From Candidatus Versatilivorator vitaminiformans (GTDB lineage Bacteria; Acidobacteriota; Terriglobia; Versatilivoradales; Versatilivoraceae), in the NCBI GenBank assembly GCA_027493295.1, contig JAPVWS010000481.1, positions 1-38,905 on the forward strand: a DNA stretch of 38,905 bases. The letters are read 5' to 3'. Shown piece by piece: positions 35,335 through 38,905 of this stretch. The translations under genes and the position numbers were made by a program. Positions within the stretch are counted from its first letter, which is position 1, and the number at the start of each line of letters is the position of its first letter. A model generated the notes under the pieces. That model was not told the DNA's origin, did no database searches, and saw nothing but the letters and a program-made list of their open reading frames with translations.

Positions 35335-35598
35335 CTATCTCTTTTCGGTCAGCCGGCCGGACAGGTACTTGTGGATGACGCTGGACAAAAGTGTCTGATA
35401 GAAGATCCCTTCTTCCCTGGCCCTTGAGTGAGCAAGGTTGAAGTCACGCTCGGTTACGCGCAAATTCACCCGCTTGGTCTTGTTAAAGGTATTGCGAGCC
35501 GACCGGCGGGCTATCTCGATTTCGCGTTCAGCATCGGGAGTGGAGCGCAACTCTCCCCTTTCGAACCGATTCAGAATGTCACGTTCTTCCACACTCAA
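35335..35598 (-). CDS. CopG/RHH-type antitoxin (BrnA-like)
   Basis: 87 aa. ...FERGELRS....E.....A......K.KRVNLRVTERDFNLAHSRAREEGI.YQTLLSSVIHKYLSGRL is the pattern of CopG-family antitoxins paired with BrnT-like toxins. Its TTG start overlaps the upstream toxin-remnant stop (TTGA). Confidence 0.7.
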   Translation of the reverse strand: MSVEERDILNRFERGELRSTPDAEREIEIARRSARNTFNKTKRVNLRVTERDFNLAHSRAREEGIFYQTLLSSVIHKYLSGRLTEKR

Positions 35599-35768
35599 TG
35601 GGTCTTACACTTTGGTTGCCTCCTCCGATAGTCTCTCATCGCCTTCCGGCTGGGAACAATCGTCCTCAGCAAGCGAGTGCCGTCGGTCTGAATCACGAAG
35701 GGCACGAGGTAGATGTACTCGTCGATCTCCACAACGTAGATCAACTGTCCCGGGTAGCGATCCTGGTT
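35595..35768 (-). pseudogene. N-terminally truncated toxin-gene remnant (BrnT/RelE-superfamily-like C-terminal half)
   Basis: A 57-codon open frame follows a TAA and has no ATG: NQDRYPGQLIYVVEIDEYIYLVPFVIQTDGTRLLRTIVPSRKAMRDY.... The ...VV.I..Y.Y.VPFV....G...L.TI.PSRKA...Y pattern matches the C-terminal half of small toxins encoded upstream of CopG antitoxins. About 35-40 N-terminal residues are missing. Confidence 0.5.
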
Positions 35769-35786
35769 TTAATGCGGAAAGTCAAG

Positions 35787-35993
35787 CTATGACGACAACC
35801 TGCGGAATTCTTCAATCCGGACTTCGGCATCCTTCAAAGGGTCTTCCACAACGCTGAAGTATTCTCGGATCGCAGATTCAATATTTGCGAGGGCTTCCGC
35901 CTCCGTCTTTCCCTGAGACCAACAACCGGGCAAGCCGGCTGCCGACACACTGCAACCCTCGTCAGACTTGTGAAGGGCAATTTTGTACCTCAT
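35787..35993 (-). CDS. HicB-like (UPF0150) antitoxin-family protein, no adjacent hicA
   Basis: 68 aa from ATG 35993, with SD AAGGAGG upstream. MRYKIALHKSDEG.SVSAAGLPGCWSQGKTEAEALANIESAIREY is a typical HicB N-terminal domain. The longer 107-aa track ORF merely reads through the tRNA gene. Confidence 0.7.
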   Translation of the reverse strand: MRYKIALHKSDEGCSVSAAGLPGCWSQGKTEAEALANIESAIREYFSVVEDPLKDAEVRIEEFRRLSS

Positions 35994-36034
35994 GGGATCC
36001 TCCTTGAGGTTGTGGGCTGGAAGCGTCTTCAACT

Positions 36035-36124
36035 TGGCGGAGGCGGTAGGATTCGAACCCACGGTACCCGTCAAGGTACAACGGTTTTCAAGACCGCCGC
36101 AATCGACCACTCTGCCACGCCTCC
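36035..36124 (-). tRNA. tRNA-Ser (anticodon UGA), type II with long variable arm, CCA encoded
   Basis: Folded by hand. The acceptor GGAGGCG pairs with CGCCTCC. The anticodon stem is GCGGT/ACCGT around the loop CTTGAAA. The variable arm is 18 nt. The T arm is GTGGG-TTCGAAT-CCTAC, followed by discriminator G and CCA. It is closely parallel to E. coli tRNA-Ser(UGA). Confidence 0.95.
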
Positions 36125-36280
36125 GCGATCGCCCACCATTTTAGCCCGCATTCTTCGGCGGGTCGCCGGAAATATCCGGAGAGAGTATGACGTTCAGGAT
36201 CGTGGGGGAACGGACTGGAAGGCTTGCGGGGAGCGGCGGGAGAGTCCCGGGAGATGGGTCGGCCATGCCGGCGGCCGGAA

Positions 36281-37312
36281 CTACTGGCTGTCCAGCAGCT
36301 TCTCGGCAAGCACGTTTCTGATTTGGGCTTCGTTGCGGATGACTTCCAGGTAGGCTGTCTTCAGCAGGGTTTCCTTGCGGTTGAAGATGGTCTGGCGAAC
36401 ATCCGCCTGGACCTGCGGTTCGCTCAGTTCATGCTGCCCGCCGCGCTCCTTGGCCAGGAGCTTGACCAGGTGGTAGCCATAGCCGATGCGGATGGGCCGG
36501 GGGAAGACCTGCTCCACCTTGAGGGCCTGGACCGTTTTTTTGAGCTCGGGGCTGACGGTCTCCATCTGCTGCTCGGTGACGAATCCCAGGTCCCCTCCGC
36601 GAGGGGCGGACTCGGCGTCCTCGGAGTACTCCACCGCCAGGCGGGCAAAATCCTCGCCGTTCAGCAGGCGCCGCATCAGAATCTGGGCCTTTTTTTGGGC
36701 CTCGTGGGGAGTGGTGGCGTCGTCGCCGCGGGTATTGTTGATGCCGGACTCCTTGGCGTCCGTAATCAGAATATGGGCGAGACGCCAACCCTTGGGGAGA
36801 TTGTAGTTGGACTTGTTCTCTTCGAAGTGCTGCTCGATTTCGGCTTCGGTCACCGAGATCTTGGAGGTGATCTCCTTGTTGTAGAGCTTCTCGATGGTGG
36901 CGCCCTTGCGCAGGCTCTGCTTGAACTCCTCCTCGGTGACCCCCTGCTCCTTGAGGAATTCCTGAAACTTTTCCTCGGTGTAGTTCTTCTTGAAGTCGGT
37001 AAACCGGGTGCTGACCTCGGCGTCGCTGGCGGTCAGATCGTCGGCGGCAGCCCGCTGCATGAGGATCTCATCGTTGATGAGCTGGCTCAGGATGTTGAGC
37101 TTGAAGGTGGAAGACTCCTCGGGCGACGGCGCACGGGGGCTCTGCCGGAGTTGAGCGTCGAAGCGCTTGTTGACCTCGGAGATCTTGATTTCCGCTTCGT
37201 TGACGATGGCCGCGGTGTCGGAACTCACCTTGGGTCCCGAGCTGCAGCCGCCTCCAATCAGCAATAGCGCCGCCAGAGCCGATGCACCGTTTCGGTTGAA
37301 GGCAAACATCAT
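36281..37312 (-). CDS. Parvulin-type peptidyl-prolyl cis-trans isomerase, SurA/PrsA-like lipoprotein
   Basis: Start taken at MMFAFNRNG (37312). Lipobox-like LLLIGGGCSS. Parvulin core AHILI...GGDLGFV...YGYHLVKL, with a SurA-like N-terminal chaperone region. Confidence 0.8.
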   Translation of the reverse strand: MMFAFNRNGASALAALLLIGGGCSSGPKVSSDTAAIVNEAEIKISEVNKRFDAQLRQSPRAPSPEESSTFKLNILSQLINDEILMQRAAADDLTASDAEVSTRFTDFKKNYTEEKFQEFLKEQGVTEEEFKQSLRKGATIEKLYNKEITSKISVTEAEIEQHFEENKSNYNLPKGWRLAHILITDAKESGINNTRGDDATTPHEAQKKAQILMRRLLNGEDFARLAVEYSEDAESAPRGGDLGFVTEQQMETVSPELKKTVQALKVEQVFPRPIRIGYGYHLVKLLAKERGGQHELSEPQVQADVRQTIFNRKETLLKTAYLEVIRNEAQIRNVLAEKLLDSQ

Positions 37313-37539
37313 GGGATTTCGGACTGCCCGGATTGACGGGGCATCGCCGGGGCGGCTCGGCGGGAACTGCTTCATTAGGAAACCGGGCACCGACTCTTGT
37401 CCGCCCATTGCCTGCGACCAGCCGCGGAATTGGGCGGCGCTTCAACTAGCCTAGCACCCCCTCCAGCCAGTGACAACACTGTTCTTTCCGGCTGTGCTCG
37501 GCCATAATGGGTGGCTGATCCGGCAGGAAGGATCGGGCC

Positions 37540-38436
37540 TTGCATCTCCTTTTGATCATCCCCGGCGCCATCGGCGACTTCGTTCTGACGCTGCCGGCAG
37601 TGGCCTGGCTGCAGTCCCACCTGCGCCCGGACCGGATGGAACTGTGGGTGGCCCGCCGCAATCTGCCGCTTGCCCGATCGCTCGGGTACGCCGACACCGC
37701 CCAGGCCCTGCAGGACACCGGCATCGAGAGCTATCCGCCCAGGCAGGAGTGCCTGAGGCGCATGCGGACCTTTGACAGGATCATCTCCTGGTGGGGGAGC
37801 GGCAATCCGGAATTCGTGGACCGAATCCGGGCCATCCACCCGCGGGTCGACTTTCTCGGGGCGCTGCCCCGCGAGTCCGGCCTCCACATGATCGAATTCA
37901 GGCGGGCTCAACTGGAGCGGATCTTCGGCTCCACCCCGGGGTTCTCAGCCACTCCCCGGATCCATTGGACCCGGGAGGAGGATCGATTTGCCGAGCGCTT
38001 TTGGGCCGCACGTCCCGGGAACCCCGGAATCGCGGTCCATCCGGGTGCCAGCGGCCCACGCAAGCGATGGCCGGCCCGTCACTTCGCCGAGGTGGGGCGA
38101 AGCCTGTCCCGCGTTCCGAGCTGCCGCCTTCTGTTGCTGGAAGGGCCGCTGGACGGTGAGACGGTGAAGGAAGTTCGAGCCGACCTGGCCGAGGACTCGG
38201 CCCGCTGGGAAACGGTGAGCATCCAGGACCTGAGCCGCCTGGCCGCCGTGCTGAGCCGCTGCCGGCTCTTCATCGGCAACGACAGCGGGATCACCCACCT
38301 GGCAGCCGCCCTGGGGGTCCGCACCATCGCCCTCTTTCTGGATACCGACCCCCGGGTCTGGGCTCCCCGGGGCCCTCGGGTTGAGCTTCTGCGCCGGCCC
38401 GGCGTCGAGCAGGTGCTGTCGATCATCAGGCATTGA
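37540..38436 (+). CDS. Glycosyltransferase family 9 (LPS heptosyltransferase-like)
   Basis: TTG start. N-terminal LLIIPGAIGDFVLTLPA and C-terminal FIGNDSGITHLAAALGVRTIALF are GT9 hallmarks. Confidence 0.8.
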   Translation: MHLLLIIPGAIGDFVLTLPAVAWLQSHLRPDRMELWVARRNLPLARSLGYADTAQALQDTGIESYPPRQECLRRMRTFDRIISWWGSGNPEFVDRIRAIHPRVDFLGALPRESGLHMIEFRRAQLERIFGSTPGFSATPRIHWTREEDRFAERFWAARPGNPGIAVHPGASGPRKRWPARHFAEVGRSLSRVPSCRLLLLEGPLDGETVKEVRADLAEDSARWETVSIQDLSRLAAVLSRCRLFIGNDSGITHLAAALGVRTIALFLDTDPRVWAPRGPRVELLRRPGVEQVLSIIRH

Positions 38437-38452
38437 GCCCGCGAGGCCCGCC

Positions 38453-38905
38453 GTGTCCGAATCTCCCGCATCCGGCCGCCTGCCGCCCCTGGTGGTGATT
38501 GCCGACGACCTGACCGGCTCCTGCGACACCGCCGCCCAGTTCTGCCGGTACGGCATGCGGGTGGCCATGACCGGCGCCTCCGCCCCGGACCCTGGCCCGG
38601 ACCTCGATATCCTGGTGGTCAATACGGCTTCGCGAGGCCTGCCGGTCGAACGGTCCCGGCAAGTGGCCGCCCGCTCGGCCAGGTCGTTGCTGAGGCTCGG
38701 CTGCCGCCCGGTCTACAAGAAGATCGACTCGACCCTCAAGGGGCCCTGGTGCCAGGAAGTGGCCGCCGTCATGGCCGTGGTACGGCCCGCCCTGGCCCTT
38801 GTAGCTCCCGCCTTCCCGGCCTGGGGGCGGACCAGCCGGGGAGGAAGGTTGCTGATGGACGGCCGCCCTCCGCCGCCTCACCCCGCCCGCGGCGCCGGGC
38901 CTTCA
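38453..38905 (+). CDS. Four-carbon acid sugar kinase family protein (DUF1537/YgbK-like), 3'-truncated by window edge
   Basis: GTG-initiated frame (not in the ORF track) that stays open to the window end. LVVIADDLTGSCDTAAQF and YKKIDSTLKG match the N-terminal domain of DUF1537-type kinases. Confidence 0.6.
   Translation, partial: MSESPASGRLPPLVVIADDLTGSCDTAAQFCRYGMRVAMTGASAPDPGPDLDILVVNTASRGLPVERSRQVAARSARSLLRLGCRPVYKKIDSTLKGPWCQEVAAVMAVVRPALALVAPAFPAWGRTSRGGRLLMDGRPPPPHPARGAGPS

Noticed and set aside
35787-36110. 107-aa ORF in the track
   Set aside because: Its first 39 codons are simply a translation of the tRNA-Ser gene (…GSNPT… from the T-arm). The real gene is the 68-aa HicB-like ORF starting at 35993, which has a strong SD.
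36224-37267. 347-aa plus-strand ORF opposite the PPIase gene
   Set aside because: It is an antisense shadow with Leu/Gly/Val/Asp low-complexity translation. The minus frame carries a lipobox and the parvulin signature.

Overview
High-GC (roughly 60-65% by eye) bacterial chromosomal window with about 25 credible protein genes and one tRNA. The intergenic gaps are packed with three families of short hairpin-forming repeats. The left two thirds carry housekeeping, transport and envelope genes: the 3' part of polA, an HD hydrolase, a two-domain VOC dioxygenase, an orphan 207-aa gene bracketed by direct repeats, an overlapping NCS2-like/DASS transporter pair, YciI, an FAH-family hydrolase, radC, an M23 peptidase, an OMP beta-barrel, a secreted double-Cache protein, a di-haem cytochrome c peroxidase co-oriented with a secreted ankyrin-repeat protein, a DHA2 MFS pump and a STAS protein. 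The standout is a 13.2-kb four-gene same-strand operon (21908-35146, minus strand). It encodes a 2358-aa single-module fully reducing type I PKS/FAS (KS-AT-DH-[degenerate MT-like region]-ER-KR-ACP, no release domain), two tandem paralogous B12-binding radical SAM enzymes, and an 835-aa thioester-reductase/sulfotransferase fusion. From memory, this gene set matches the 'swf' (sponge-symbiont widespread FAS-like) clusters, whose product was never established. The domain logic predicts a reductively released, sulfated, probably C-methylated long-chain lipid. The operon is joined to tRNA-Ser(UGA) through a decayed toxin-antitoxin patch (orphan HicB-like gene, N-terminally truncated toxin remnant, CopG/BrnA-like antitoxin), which suggests an old island junction, although no integrase is in the window. 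The right edge holds a parvulin-type PPIase lipoprotein, a GT9 heptosyltransferase and the 5' part of a DUF1537-type sugar-acid kinase. All functional calls rest on motifs read by eye from the translations. No database search was possible.
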